Below, piece by piece: positions 12,098 through 24,400 of a stretch of 64,000 nucleotides of DNA. Under the pieces are notes generated by a model that ran no database searches, was not told the DNA's origin, and saw only the letters and a list, made by a program, of their open reading frames with translations. Within the stretch, counting starts at the first letter, position 1, and every line of letters begins with the position of its first letter. The DNA comes from Vitrella brassicaformis CCMP3155 (taxonomy: Eukaryota > Protista > Chromerida), in contig CDMY01000261.1 of the NCBI GenBank assembly GCA_001179505.1, positions 80,936 to 144,935 of the forward strand, given 5' to 3'. The translations under genes and the position numbers were made by a program.

Positions 12098-14178
12098 ATG
12101 GCCCAGCGTGAGTATCGGAGGGAGTCTGAGCGGCGACAGGGGCAGGAGAGCGTCAGGCTCCGAATGCCGATTGAGGAACAGGGCCGACAGGTGGCCCACC
12201 AGCTGCAGCTTCAACAGCCTGAGGGTGGCCGGCAGGGGCAGGCCGAGTTGCCTGCTCGCGTGCCAACACGGGAGACGGCAGACTATGGGGCCAGGTACGT
12301 GCCCGACCAGACGGTGGACGCCGCCCCGTTCCTCGACGGACCGGCTGCAGGAGGGCTCCCCGTCTCCGTCAACCGCCGCACGGAGTATCAGGGCACAAAC
12401 CAACGCAATGGCGCCGACCTGTTCTCCGAATACACCCAAGTAGACCAAGTCACCAAACACCTACGAGTGAATGGATGTCGCCATTCGTCGCTCTCTTTGT
12501 GTCTATCGGTCGGTCGTCAGGTGCGCGGCGCAGTGGGCTATGCGCGGCTGACAGGACGAGACGGGGACGTCAGAGGGGGCTATGGAGACGGTCACATGAC
12601 GGGCCACCCATACCAGTACACGGCCAGCTACCGTTATGAGGTGAGTCTTCCCTCCTTGTATGCACTCACCCATACACATCCATTGCTCTCTCTGCTCCCT
12701 CTCACCTTTCAGCCCGCAGCCTACGACGCCTATGAATTCGCCTACCCATATTTGCGTCCGGAGGAGCCCCAGCGTCCGGCCGGATACCCCAGCCAGATGA
12801 GCAGGGAGGCGCAGCAGTATGGCAGCGGCCGCCTCACGTCGACTGGACAGAACGACGCCTACGGTGGTGCTCCTCTCAGCACTCGGCCACACCGATATGA
12901 TGGGCGGCTTCCCTCATACTCGCAGCACCAGACCAACCACGGCCTCAGCTGGGACGGAGTGGGCGGCCAGCCGGACTACTCCTCGCGTCGAGCCTACCGC
13001 GTTCCAAGCAACATCAGCAAAGTCAGCAAGTCATCGGTCGTGTCCCGAGGCACCCAGTGCAGCATCGTGACCACACAGACGGCAGTCGGGCCCCGGAACA
13101 AGACGCGTGGTGCGTCGCGACACCACCACCACCACCAGCAGGTGAAGGAGATGGCCAGTTTGGTGGGCCGCTACGCGCCGCCACCGGACACCCACAACAC
13201 CCACAATGGTCAGGACAACGGATCAGGTGGCGGTTTGTTCGGCGGGATGTTCTCCGGCTTGGGCTCCCTCCTGGGTGGGGGCCGGGCCGCTAGAGGTGAG
13301 GAGGGGTGTGGTGAGATGAGAAACACATGGCCCTTCTCTGTCACTATCTTGTACATCGTCGACACGTCTGTCCGTCTGTCTGTCTGTCTCTCTGTCTCTC
13401 TGTCTGTCTGTGTCAGCGGTGCGAGAGGAGACACGAGAGTCCCCACCGGGCCACCGCACCAATCGCCGACACGTCGATGACGACCGCTACGCCTATGGTG
13501 CCCAGGTGAGTCTCACCAACACAGTGGTCACGTACATACGCCATCCGTTGGTCATGCTGTGTCTGTTTGTCCTTCTGTCAGGGTGAGTCGTACGAGTCCC
13601 GCTACCACCGAGAACCCAAGATGGACAGGCAGCAGGCTATTGAGGCCTACGCGAGGGAGCTGGACAATTGGAAGGGCTTCTGGGAGATGGAGCTGCAGGA
13701 GCGCTCGGAGATCCAAGAGCGGCTCCGCCGACAACTCGAGGAGCAGGCGGCGGAGCGGGAGAAGAAAATGGAGCGCTTCCACCGACAACAGAAGGAGAAA
13801 ATGGAGCGTGAGTGGCGTGAAGTGGAGGCCAAGAAGGACGAAATGCGCCGCAAAGAACAGGAGCTCGAGGAGAAAAAGAAGCAACTCGACCAGCAGCTGC
13901 AGCAGCTGCAACACCAGATGCAGCAGCTGCAATGCCAGCAGCGGCAGCGTTTCAAGAGCGACAACGAGACGGCAGACAACCAGCAGCCTTCGAGCGCCTC
14001 TGACACCGTCCCCCCGACCCCAACTGGAGCAGTGCAGGAGGCATCCAGAGTGGCTGAAGGAGACGCCACTGGCGAGCGACAGCGGGCCCGCCAGATGCTG
14101 CAGGAGCTCGAGAGCAATCCCCACTTCAAGAACCCCACTGTGCCATCCGCCAGTGGTGGGCGCCCACACGAGGTGTAG
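12098..14178 (+). CDS. Hypothetical protein, family copy 1: Q/R-rich N-terminus, Y/G/Q/P/S low-complexity centre, C-terminal coiled coil
   Basis: Five exons (introns about 12440-12520, 12641-12712, 13296-13416, 13506-13581) splice in frame into RELDNWKGFWEMELQERSEIQERLRRQLEEQ...HEV*. Two paralogues occur in this window. Confidence 0.7.
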
Positions 14179-15080
14179 GCTGGCCCGTATGCACGGCCGC
14201 TCGTTGCAACAGACAGTCTGAGAGTGAGAAGAAGTGTGTGTTCATGAGCCAATGAAATGAATGGCCGGCTGGCCGTCTGAGTGACTTGCCCGTTGTGTTT
14301 GTTTGGACGGTTATGGATGCATAGAGCGCTCGGACAAGTCTATGCCTTGAAGCATTGCAGACGGCCCTCTCACTGCATGGCGCGTCCCCCCCCTTCTAAC
14401 ACACACGCACGGCATTGCAATTCAGCATTGATTCGATCACCGCCCCGCTCTTCGCCCTTCACTACAAGCGCTACATGGCCAGAACACTGACCCAGCATGG
14501 ACAGGGACCGTTCGAACGGAGTGAATGGGTGGGTGGGTGGGTGACTACTGCCTCACACACGCGGGATTGAATCCATGTACTGTACCCTGATCCTCAAGGA
14601 CTGTGATCCACTTGACATCCTCGGGACTCTGATCTTCGCCTCGCTGCTGACGCGCGACCAGCCCATGGGCCCGGCCGACCGCACCTCGACCAGCACCCAA
14701 CGCCAAGACAGACTAGACGGGCACAGGCTCTCTTCGCGTACGCCGAGACTAATCTACCTTCCTTCCTTCCTTCCTCTCACTGAGTGTGCCTGTGTGCCGC
14801 TGGCCTCCGTGCCGATTGTCTAGCCTCGTGCCTATTTCGATCAAGGAGTGTCGTGCGCTTCGAACATTTCAAAGGAAGCACACGCAGGTATATCAAGGAG
14901 TTGCAGTGCGCGCAGGTAAGCCCGCAGACGCCCCCAGGTGTGCATGCACGATCCACTCGTGTTGGCCGCATGCACAGCTGGGGGCGCAGCTCTCACGGCG
15001 CAAAGGCCTGTTGGTGTTGGCCGCAAAACCAAAAGCCTGCTTTCTCCCATCAACCAAAGCCCCCGTTGTGTGCCGTGACG

Positions 15081-15634
15081 ATGGCCTTCCTGAGACTCCC
15101 GCTGTTCGTTGTCGCAGTGGCGCTCGCCGCGGGGCTGGGCGGCAGCCCCGTCTGCGGCAAGCACATCCGCACCGAGGGCAGCCAGCTCACAGGTGGGCAG
15201 GCACGCATGCAGCACCAACGAGGCTGGTGCATTGCAATGTCACAGTGCACTCGTTGATGCCGTTGCATGCGCCCGTGAATGATGCATTCAGAGGTGACCG
15301 TCAAGGGATGCAAGGACGACGCCGAGTGCCCCAAGCACCCTTTCGAGACGGACAAGTGCTACAAGGAGGTCAACTCCTTCGGGAAAGTTTCCGCCGAGGG
15401 CCGCTGCAAGGTGCGAATTCAATTGTTTGAATTACAGTATTGAGGCAATTGAATCGTCAACCCGCATGCGCATTGACCGTCGCTTTGTGCCATGCGTGCA
15501 TGGCAGGAGGTGACTATGGCGACTACTGTGACACGTTTTTCGGGCACGGGTGTGGCTCGGGGCTGGTGTGCCTCCCGGTGGACTACCTCGAGCCCCTGTA
15601 CAAGCTGAGGAAGCTCACCCGCACCTGCGTCTAA
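15081..15634 (+). CDS. Small secreted cysteine-rich protein (~120 aa)
   Basis: Signal MAFLRLPLFVVAVALAAGLGG; exon 2 KGCKDDAECPKHPFETDKCYKEVNSFGKVSAEGRCK; exon 3 GDYCDTFFGHGCGSGLVCLPVDYLEPLYKLRKLTRTCV*. The canonical junction of exons 2 and 3 is out of phase, so the model is uncertain. Confidence 0.55.
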
Positions 15635-16102
15635 CATCACTGCGGCCAGCGAACGAATTAGAAAACCGCCATTTTGTTTTCCTTTTCTTTTGGCGGGGTG
15701 CTGAGTTGGGTGGAAGACACGAGTGAGCTGCATGCAGTCTGTCTGTCTGTCTGAATGTCTGTCTGTCTGTCTGTCTCGTCACGTGGGGGATGTGTGTGTG
15801 TGCGCAGGGGGGATGGGGGGGATGAGCAGAGAGAGTAGCGAGGGCCGACAGGCACACCGATTGACAGAGAGAACGATGTCATGCAGTAATGATGTGACAG
15901 GCGGGTCACAGCCGCGACACTTGCGGTCGATCATCAGCAGTTGGTATCAATGACATTATACAGACACACACGAGAAGTCAGGCTCCCCCACCCCGAGGAA
16001 TCGACAGACACAGTCGTTAAAGCCCTCACAACCCCCGTATATCAAATCGTTCGCACGTCCCCATCCCTCGCCTTCACATATGAGATATGTCGCCGCCTTT
16101 TT

Positions 16103-17217
16103 TCAACAGCACCAGGCACAGGGGCATCTACCGACATGAGCTGAGCTGCCCGCCTCACTGCCTCTCCCCGCCGAAGGCCACAATATCCTCCAGGCCGTCT
16201 TCTCTGCCCACGTCAAACACCCACCCATTGCTTTGTACCTCTCCCCACACACGGCACAGCTCCGGCCCCGCAGCCACGCCTCCACGCTCACAACCGTCAG
16301 CCACGTGGCGAACCAGAGGGTCAAGCTGCACTTGCCCGTGTGCCCTGTGACGGGGCACACACAGGCACTCTCGATGACACGAATGGCCGCCTCCTTCTGC
16401 GAATGATCCACTAAAAGACGTCCGATTTCCCACACAGGGGCAGTGACAGCTGGGCTGACGGCGGGGCCCAGGATGCCAATATATGGCAGATCCGGTAGAC
16501 GGATAGGAGATTCATCGCCGTCTCGACGGACACACACGGCCGCTGTCTGCATGATTTGCAGCGTCCACCGTGAGCTGTTGCCGACGCGCTGTCATCTCGC
16601 CAGCTGCGGCCCGGAGAAGAACGCTGGCGAAGTCAGCAAGATTGACGCTGTTGTTCTCCTTGAGCTGCGCCTGGCACTAGTGTCAGGAGGGTGAGTGGCC
16701 GTGACGCCTTGTGATGCCCTTCAGGTCCACCACCAGAACCCTCAGGATATCCTGACGCACACACACAGAGACAGACAGACAGACAGACACGCTCCGAATC
16801 ACACTCTATTGGGGTAAGCCAATCGTCGGCAAGGAGGCTTGGCACGGAGTGCAGTGAGTTGGGTGACAGGACGGCCGTAATCTTGCCCTCGAAGCCCTTA
16901 TATACTGGCCGTTTCACGAGCCCAGCCACCCACACAACGCTGCCCACAGTCAAAGGCACAGGCCTGAACACACAACGGCAGCAAGTACACACACGGCTGG
17001 CCCCTCTCTCGCCCTCCCTCTTTCAGCCACCTACCTGTCTTGGCCCGTCAGATGTGCGGTCTGCTTGGGCATTGCAGTGATCTCAACGTCGCGTATCCGT
17101 ATGGACGCCCTCACCGCCTCCGCCTCGACATCCCTGTACACACACACACGCATACACACGCGCACAGACGGACGTGCTGTGTTTGCGGATGAGCAAGCCA
17201 GTGCGGTGCCCGCTCAT
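16103..17217 (-). pseudogene. Spliced hypothetical gene, probably decaying (GxVVxVxGL..RP..xG-type motif plus a possible RING-CH-like half)
   Basis: Exons MSGHRTGLLIRKHST|DVEAEAVRASIRIRDVEITAMPKQTAHLTGQDR|PVPLTVGSVVWVAGLVKRPVYKGFEGKITAVL splice in frame. Downstream, protein-like segments lie in different frames with stops (e.g. IESACVC..H..KC..W..RSCAVCGERY). Confidence 0.35.
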
Positions 17218-17322
17218 CACAGGATCTATATGATCTGCACTCGGAGGAGTGAACTCATCTTCGCTGCGGAGGAAAGATGTTCTCACTGTTGAATGGGTTC
17301 GGGTTTCAGGGTACAAACCCTG
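17215..17322. repeat. Diverged copy of the first ~14 codons of TIM10 plus part of its bidirectional promoter (source 55937-56057)
   Basis: Direct alignment: catcacaggatctat..tgcactcggaggag..catcttcgct..gcggaggaaagatg..ttctcactgtt..cgggtttcagggtacaaaccctg occurs at both loci. Confidence 0.9.
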
Positions 17323-17355
17323 AAACTTCTAAGATTGAGCGGAGTTTCAGCGATG

Positions 17356-19482
17356 ATGGCCCAGCGTGAGCATCAGAGGGCGGGTGAGCGACGACAGAGG
17401 CAGGAGAGCGTCCTGCGGCAGGGAGAGTCACGGACCCGGCTGCGAGTGTCAATTGAGGAACAGGTCCGACAGGTGGCCCACCAGCTGCAGCTTCAACAGC
17501 CTGAGGGTGGCCGGCAGGGGCAGGCCGAGTTGCCTGCTCGCGTGCCAACACGCGAGACGGCAGACTATGGCGCCAGGTTCGTGCCCGACCAGACGGTGGA
17601 CGCCGCCCCGTTCCTCGACGGACCGGCTGCAGGAGGGCTCCCCGTCTCCGTCAACCGCCGCACGGAGTATCAGGGCACAAACCAACGCAATGGCGCCGAC
17701 TTGTTCTCCAAATACACTCAAGTAGACCAAGTCATCAAACACCTACGAGTGGATGGATGTCGCCATTCGTCGCTCTTTTTGTGTGTATCGGTCGGTCGTC
17801 AGGTGCGCGGCGCAGTGGGCTATGGGCGGCTGACAGGACGAGACGACGATGTCAGAGGGGGCTATGGAGACGGTCACATGACGGGCCACCCATACCAGTA
17901 TACACGGCCACCGACCGTTATGAGGTGAGTGTTCACTCCTTGTATGCAGTCACCCATATAGATCTATTGCTCTCTCTGCTCCCTCTCACCTTTCAGTCCG
18001 CAGCCTACGACGCTTATGAATTCGCCTACCCGTATTTGCGTCCGGAGGAGCCCCAGCGTCCGGCCGGATACCCCAGCCAGATGAGCAGGGAGGCGCAGCA
18101 GTATGGCAGCGGCCGCCTCACGTCGACTGGACAGAACGACGCCTACGGTGGTGCTCCTCTCAGCACTCGGCCACACCGATATGATGGGCGGCTTCCCTCA
18201 TACTCGCAGCACCAGACCAACCACGGCCTCAGCTGGGACGGAGTGGGCGGCCAGCCGGACTACTCCTCGCGTCGAGCCTACCGCGCTCCAAGCAACATCA
18301 GCAAAGTCAGCAAGTCATCGGTCGTGTCCCGAGGCACCCAGTGCAGCATCATGACCACTCAGACGGCACTCGGACCCCAAAACACGACGCGTGGTGCGTC
18401 ACGACACTACCAGCAGCAGCAGCAGCAGCAGAGGCCCATCGACCACGCCGGCCTGGAGGTGGAGGCGACGGCCAGTTCGGTGGGCCGCTACGCGCCGCCA
18501 CCGGACACCCACAACACCCACAATGGTCAGGACAACGGATCAGGTGGCGGTTTCTTCGGCGGGATGTTCTCGGGCTTGGGCTTCTTCCTGGGTGGGGGCC
18601 GGGCCGCTGGAGGTGAGGAGGGGTGTGGTGAGATGAGACACACATAGCCCTTCTCTGTCATTCACTGGCACATCATCGACATGTCTGTCCGTCTGTCTGT
18701 CTGTCTGTCTGTGTCAGCGGTGCGAGAGGAGACGCGCGCGTCTCGTGGCGGTGCGGATCGCCGCTCCAATCGCCGACACATCGATGACGACCGCTACGCC
18801 TATGGTGCTCAGGTGAGTCTCACCAACACAGTGGTCACATACATACGCCATCCGCTGGTCATGCTGTGTCTGTCTGTCCTTCTGTCAGGGTGGGTCGTAC
18901 GAGTCCCGCTACCACCGAGAACCCAAGATGGACAGGCAGCAGGCTATTGAGGCCTACGCGAGGGAGCTGGACAATTGGAAGGGCTTCTGGGAGATGGAGC
19001 TGCAGGAACGCTCGGAGATCCAAGAGCGGCTCCGCCGACAACTCGAGGAGCGGGCGGCGGAGCGGGAGAAGAAAATGGAGCGCTTCCACCGACAAGAGCA
19101 GGAGAAAATGGAGCGTGAGTGGCGTGAAGTGGAGGCCAAGAAGGACGAAATGCGCCGCAAAGAACAGGAGCTCGAGGAGAAAAAGGAGCAACTCGACCAG
19201 CAGCTGCAGCAGCTGCAACACCAGATGCAGCAGCGGCAGCGTCTCAACAGCGACAACGAGACGGCAGACAACCAGCAGCAGACGAGCACCTCTGACACCG
19301 TCCCCCCGACCCCAACTGGAGCAGTGCAGGCGGCATCCAAAGTGGCTGAAGGAGACGCCACTGGCGAGCGACAGCGGACCCGCCAGATGCTGCAGGAGCT
19401 CGAGAACAGTCCGCATTTCTGCAACTTTCCCCCGGCGCCCGGGCAGTCGCCTGCTGAGCGACGCCGAAGTGTGCAGCAGTGA
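17356..19482 (+). pseudogene. Family copy 2, carrying a +2 frameshift at the end of exon 2 (candidate pseudogene)
   Basis: Near-identical to copy 1 over most of its length. cagtatacacggccaccgaccgttatgag (29 nt) replaces cagtacacggccagctaccgttatgag (27 nt), and both available acceptors then lead to an early stop. Confidence 0.6.
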
Positions 19483-19762
19483 CAGCCTTATGGTGTCAAG
19501 CAAAGGGAAGAGATGCATGGCTGTGTGTAGTGGTTGAGTGTTTGGTTGGCCGGCTAGTTGTTGAGTGCCTTGTCATTGGACGCTTGGATGGTCGGTCGTG
19601 AGCAGATAGAAAAATGAGACATATCTATGCCATATATGAAGCGTTGGCTTGATGTCCTCCGTGCACTCAGCACAGGTCCACATATGCACACACTGATGCA
19701 TGCCATGCATTGGTCGTCCGTCGAACTGTGGGCTCATCGGTCTGTCACATGCACTGGCACCC

Positions 19763-21433
19763 TCAGATGTCGTCTCTGGCGTCGATGAGGTCTGCGGGAT
19801 CGGCGCCCGCGTTGAGTGCGGCGATGGCCTTGTCAGCGCGATGGACGCGGGATGGCCGCGACACGACGACATTGAGATGGCCGTATCCGCCCGTCGCCAC
19901 GTCAGAGATGGACGACACGACAGGCATGTCAGTCAGCAAGGTGATCAGACTTCCAGCCTGCCAACGAGCTCTGCATCCAGAGACACACACAGAGAGATGA
20001 ATGGTTGCCGGATGGTCTGTCTGCACATCCCTACCTGCCCGGTGTGATTTCCCGCGACATGAGGTTCTTGCACACCATTGTCGTGCCCAGCGATTTCATC
20101 AGCTCCTTGGCGAAAGGGCGCGACCACAGCGTTCGAAGCCTGCGTGCACACACATCCACAGGTGCATGCCATGCGTGGATGCATACACTCGGTGCTGACT
20201 GACCTGGCCATTGCCTGCTGTGCAGTGCGGCCGCCGGCGAGCACTTGACCATTGAGGGCGGCGACTTTGGTGCCAAGAGCGACGAAGTACTTGACCTTTC
20301 ATTCACAAATCCAGGGACGAAGTCATTTGGCTGAGCATTCTGCGTGTGTTACCGATGCCATGGCCGAGTTGACACACATTCTCTGTGCGATGAAGGTGGG
20401 CTTCTGCAGACACGCGATGGCGTTCTTCGGCTTGACGCCTGCACACACACTCACAGACAGACAAGTGTATGTGGGAGGGAGGGAGACATGGATGGATGCG
20501 GGGAGTGAGACATGTGCATGTGCCTACCGAAGGGAATCAGTGCGTGAGCCATTCCCGTGGCTGTGAGCGCGGCGGGCAGCAGTGTCAGCGTAAACGGCTT
20601 CAAGAATGCCTTCGCGAGAGTCTCCTGCATGCGACAACACACAAAAGAATGAGACACATCCATGTGTGTCGCTCTCTATCTTTGTTTCCAGGCTTTTCAC
20701 TCACCACCGGCAAGTGCTCTGCGGCGAGGCTGGGCAGCAAGTGGTTGCCGCCGCTCGTCTGCATGAACCGCGCCTCCTCCTTGTCCTGCTTCTCGAGAGC
20801 CCTCATGAAGTCATCGATCACTTTGGCCTCATCGACTGACGTCGCATCGGCGCCAGTCGGCACTTCCGGCACCTGCATGCCAACGGGAGGGAAGGACGCA
20901 CCAGTTGACCCGCTGGGCGCGTAGCCGATCGGCAGGCCAGTGTTGGTGTTGATCTGCTGCACCTCCCGTGACACGTCTGGCGTCTTGTCGAGGTCCTCCT
21001 CTTCATTGTCCACGTTGTCCGATGCGGCCTCGAGATCGGCGGCGGGAGATGGTGGCTGCGGGACTGGCGGCTCGGGAGACACCGACACACTCGCGGGGAT
21101 GGGAAAAGTGCCTGAGTGAAGGACAAACAAACATTGAGACACACAAAACGAAGACCAACATCGGCAGTCATGTGAGTGACTGTCTTACCTGTCTTGGGTT
21201 CGCCCTTCTTCTGAATGGGCTCTTTCGTGTGCATTGTCGATTTCTGTGGCACCATCACCTCCGCGTCGCCCATTCTCTCCCAATTCACCACAGATCCGCT
21301 CCGGTCGACAGCGCCCGACACATTGGGGACGCCATGTGAGTGCGCTGGCGGGGTCTTTGCGGAGGGACGCGCCGACCGCACGACAGGTGATGAACAGCAC
21401 GAGCAGAAGCTCAAGGGTAGAGGTGAGAGACAT
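19763..21433 (-). CDS. Hypothetical secreted protein (~430 aa) with acidic/Pro-rich middle
   Basis: Signal MSLTSTLELLLVLFITCRAVGA. About six GT-AG exons splice in frame (GTFPIPAS...LPV|ETLAKAFLKPF..|GVKPKNAIACLQKP..|VKYFVALGTK..|LRTLWSRPFAKELM..|ARWQAGSL..DARDDI*). Confidence 0.6.
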
Positions 21434-21499
21434 GTGTGCTTCCGTGTTGTGTGGTGTGGTGTGGTTGGTTGGTTGTTTGCTTTGTGTCGATCAGTCAGT

Positions 21500-24400
21500 C
21501 AGTCAACCAGCCAGCCGACGTTAGCAGGCACGGATTGCAATTGATTGTACCGATATCACACGTACATACACGTCCTTCAAAACATGCCAAGCAACACAAC
21601 AGCTACATAGCAGACTGATTTCTTTGTCATTGACTGCAACGCACACGTGCATGCACAAGAAGGCAGCCAGGCGAACAAGACAACAAGACTCACAAGCAGG
21701 TAGGCAAGATGCAAGAACAACGTGCGCACACTCACATCGTCATGTGGTCAATCATCGTCCATCACCATCAGTCACTCAAGGAACGAAAGACTGAATCACT
21801 CACTGAGCCATCCGCCCCTCCCTCTCCCTCCATGGCCACCCCCTCTCCATCCATCCATACATCATTGATCCATGATGCATCCGTGTCGGTCAGTCATAGT
21901 GTACATCGCCTCAAGACAAGTCTGTTGTCCGGGAGCCAGCGACCAGCGCATCAACAGGCCAACCACTCCACCCCATCGCCACCCGCCCCAATCTTTCCTC
22001 TCGTCCCCTTTGTTTGCGCCCAAAAGACCGAACAACGAGACCATCACACCACACCACGTACACCGATAGATGGACGGAAGCAAACAAACGAACCAACGGT
22101 ACAGATACATCCAGATAGATATGGATATGGATACGTACACGGCCTGGCCCCCTATAGATGACCTTCCATCCACTCGCCTGCCAGCCAGCTTTCAATTGGA
22201 ATGCCGACTTGACCTGCGGGGATGGATGGATGGATGGTGCATAGATAGATGTACGTGTGTGTGTGGACATGCGCATGGATGGTGGAATGGATTGGAATGC
22301 GGGAGGGAGTGGGGACACGACGACGACGCGCACAGATGCTCACAGACACACACACACACACACAGCCCAGCCACTTCCTCTCTCTCTCTCTCTGCATGCA
22401 ACAGGCACGACCGACCGATCGAGCGGTAACAGAGTTGGCGACCGACAGAGTGTTGGAGACAGAGGGTGACTAAGGCAGGTAGGTACGCAGTAGGTACGTA
22501 CGTAAGTCATTGTCTGAGGGTGGGCGGGTGAGACAGAGGGCACAGCACAGCCATCCATATATGCGCGAAGTGGGAAAGCGTGGACTGGAGGGACGAGTGT
22601 GGGCGTGTGTGTAGATGGGATGGGATGACCATGTCATGTGTCGAGGGGAAAAATGGAAAGACTCTGCGAGCGAGCGACTGAGAACTAAGACAGCTCTGTG
22701 AGCAAGCTCATGCTTTACGCAAGGAATAGAGAGACGGAAAAGATACATATGTGACCCCTCCCCCCTCCCCTTCCCTCAGCTCCACCTCAGAGCCCTACCT
22801 CCACCCTCCCCTCCCTCCCCAGAGACAGACAGACAAATGCCACCATTCCAGATCCTCCCTCCTCCTTCCTTTATTGCCACCACAGATAGAGACCAAAACC
22901 GCCGACGCGCCACGCGTCAATCCAGCGAGCCACCCACCCACCAACCACCACACCAGACCACACCAGGCCAGGCCAGGCCAGAACAGAAGAGAACAGACAG
23001 TAGAGAGACGAGGGAGGGGAGAGGGAGGATGGGACGGAGGGAGAGACCAAACAGCAGACGCCGCCCGCACACGACACACATGACGCACACACCTGTGCTT
23101 CATCTATGCGGTATGAGCTGATCCAGCAACCTGGACATCCATGCCATGGATGGGCGTGCGCACATGTGTCATGACGCGGCCGCGCGCGACAGACAGACAG
23201 GAGAAAAATGGAGGGCAGTGAGATAGATAGAGGGTGGGTACAGCGAAGCGAAGCGAGTCAAGTGGAGTGTAGAAGCGGGAGGGAGACAAATCAAGGCGAA
23301 GGCCAGGCCAGGTAAGGCAGATGAAGTTTGAGGTGGATGGATGGATGGATCGTATGTAAGCAAGGATCACCCACGGCACGGCACGGCACGCTATAGATAA
23401 ATACATGACATGTATATGTATGTGTATATGTGTACATGCATGTGTGTACGAACGAATGCACTCACTCCCACCCCATCAGACACAGACAGACGAGAGACAG
23501 ACAGAGAAACACCCGACGTGAATGAAAGTGGAAGAGTGTGTGGTAAAGACTTGAAGTCGAAGAAGTGGTAATCTCTGCCCCTCCCCATCCATCCGCCAGA
23601 CAGAGAGCTCCCCCAGATCAGACCGTCAGTCCAGATTAGTCAAGTGTCCCCGTGCGATAAGTTAGCTGAGCTGCTCCCCGCCATTCCTTCAAAACCTTCA
23701 CAGCCTCACAGCCCACCACACCGACCAGCCCCCTTCCGTCACGCAGCATTAGACCTTCCTTCATTCGTATGTGCACCTACATCGCCACTCATTGCTGCCA
23801 CTGCTCTGTGGAACATGCATGCCCATCCTCTGCAGGAGGCAGCACCTGCTCTATATCAAGACGAGATGCATCCTCAAGCAGCAGACAGACACGCGCGCAC
23901 CAGCAGCCGCGACCAGCAACGTCGAGGGCGCATCCAGACCGATTCGTGCACGCGTCGTTGAAAGCAGTATCCCTCGCAGAAGAGATATAGAGACAGCCAG
24001 CCCTCCAAAACTGCCGACATGCTCGCTGCTCCCTCCCAGCTACGTAGCACAAAACCTGACTGAGCCAAACACACACACACATGCATACAAGACAGCACAC
24101 GACACGACAAGACACGACACGACAAGGCACCACACGACACGCAGGAAGAGATGGATGATGCTTGAGAGCGAGATGATAAGAGTCGACTGAGCGGGAGAGC
24201 GCAGAGGAGAGCAGAGCAGCACCAGAGCACGGGCATTTACGGGAGGACACACTCAGCGACCGACAACCTCTCATTCCGACACACAAAGACGCGCATCGAC
24301 ATCAGTTCTTCTTCTTCCTTCCAGCGGCCCTTTGAAAGCCAGCCAGCGTTAAGACACACACGAAGACCACCATTACACGACCGGCCAAGGCACACACGCC

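Noticed and set aside
13552-14252. Long minus-strand ORFs (also 18859-19518, 57675-58364, 2935-3852) rich in Leu/Ser/Cys/Ala
   Set aside because: Antisense shadows of GC3-rich coiled-coil or low-complexity exons on the plus strand.
14575-14823. Codon-biased ORF fragment readable on either strand (plus LILKDCDPLDILG..; minus WVLVEVRSAGPMGWS.., faintly FN3-like)
   Set aside because: Strand and frame are ambiguous and it cannot be joined to a gene; too short to call.
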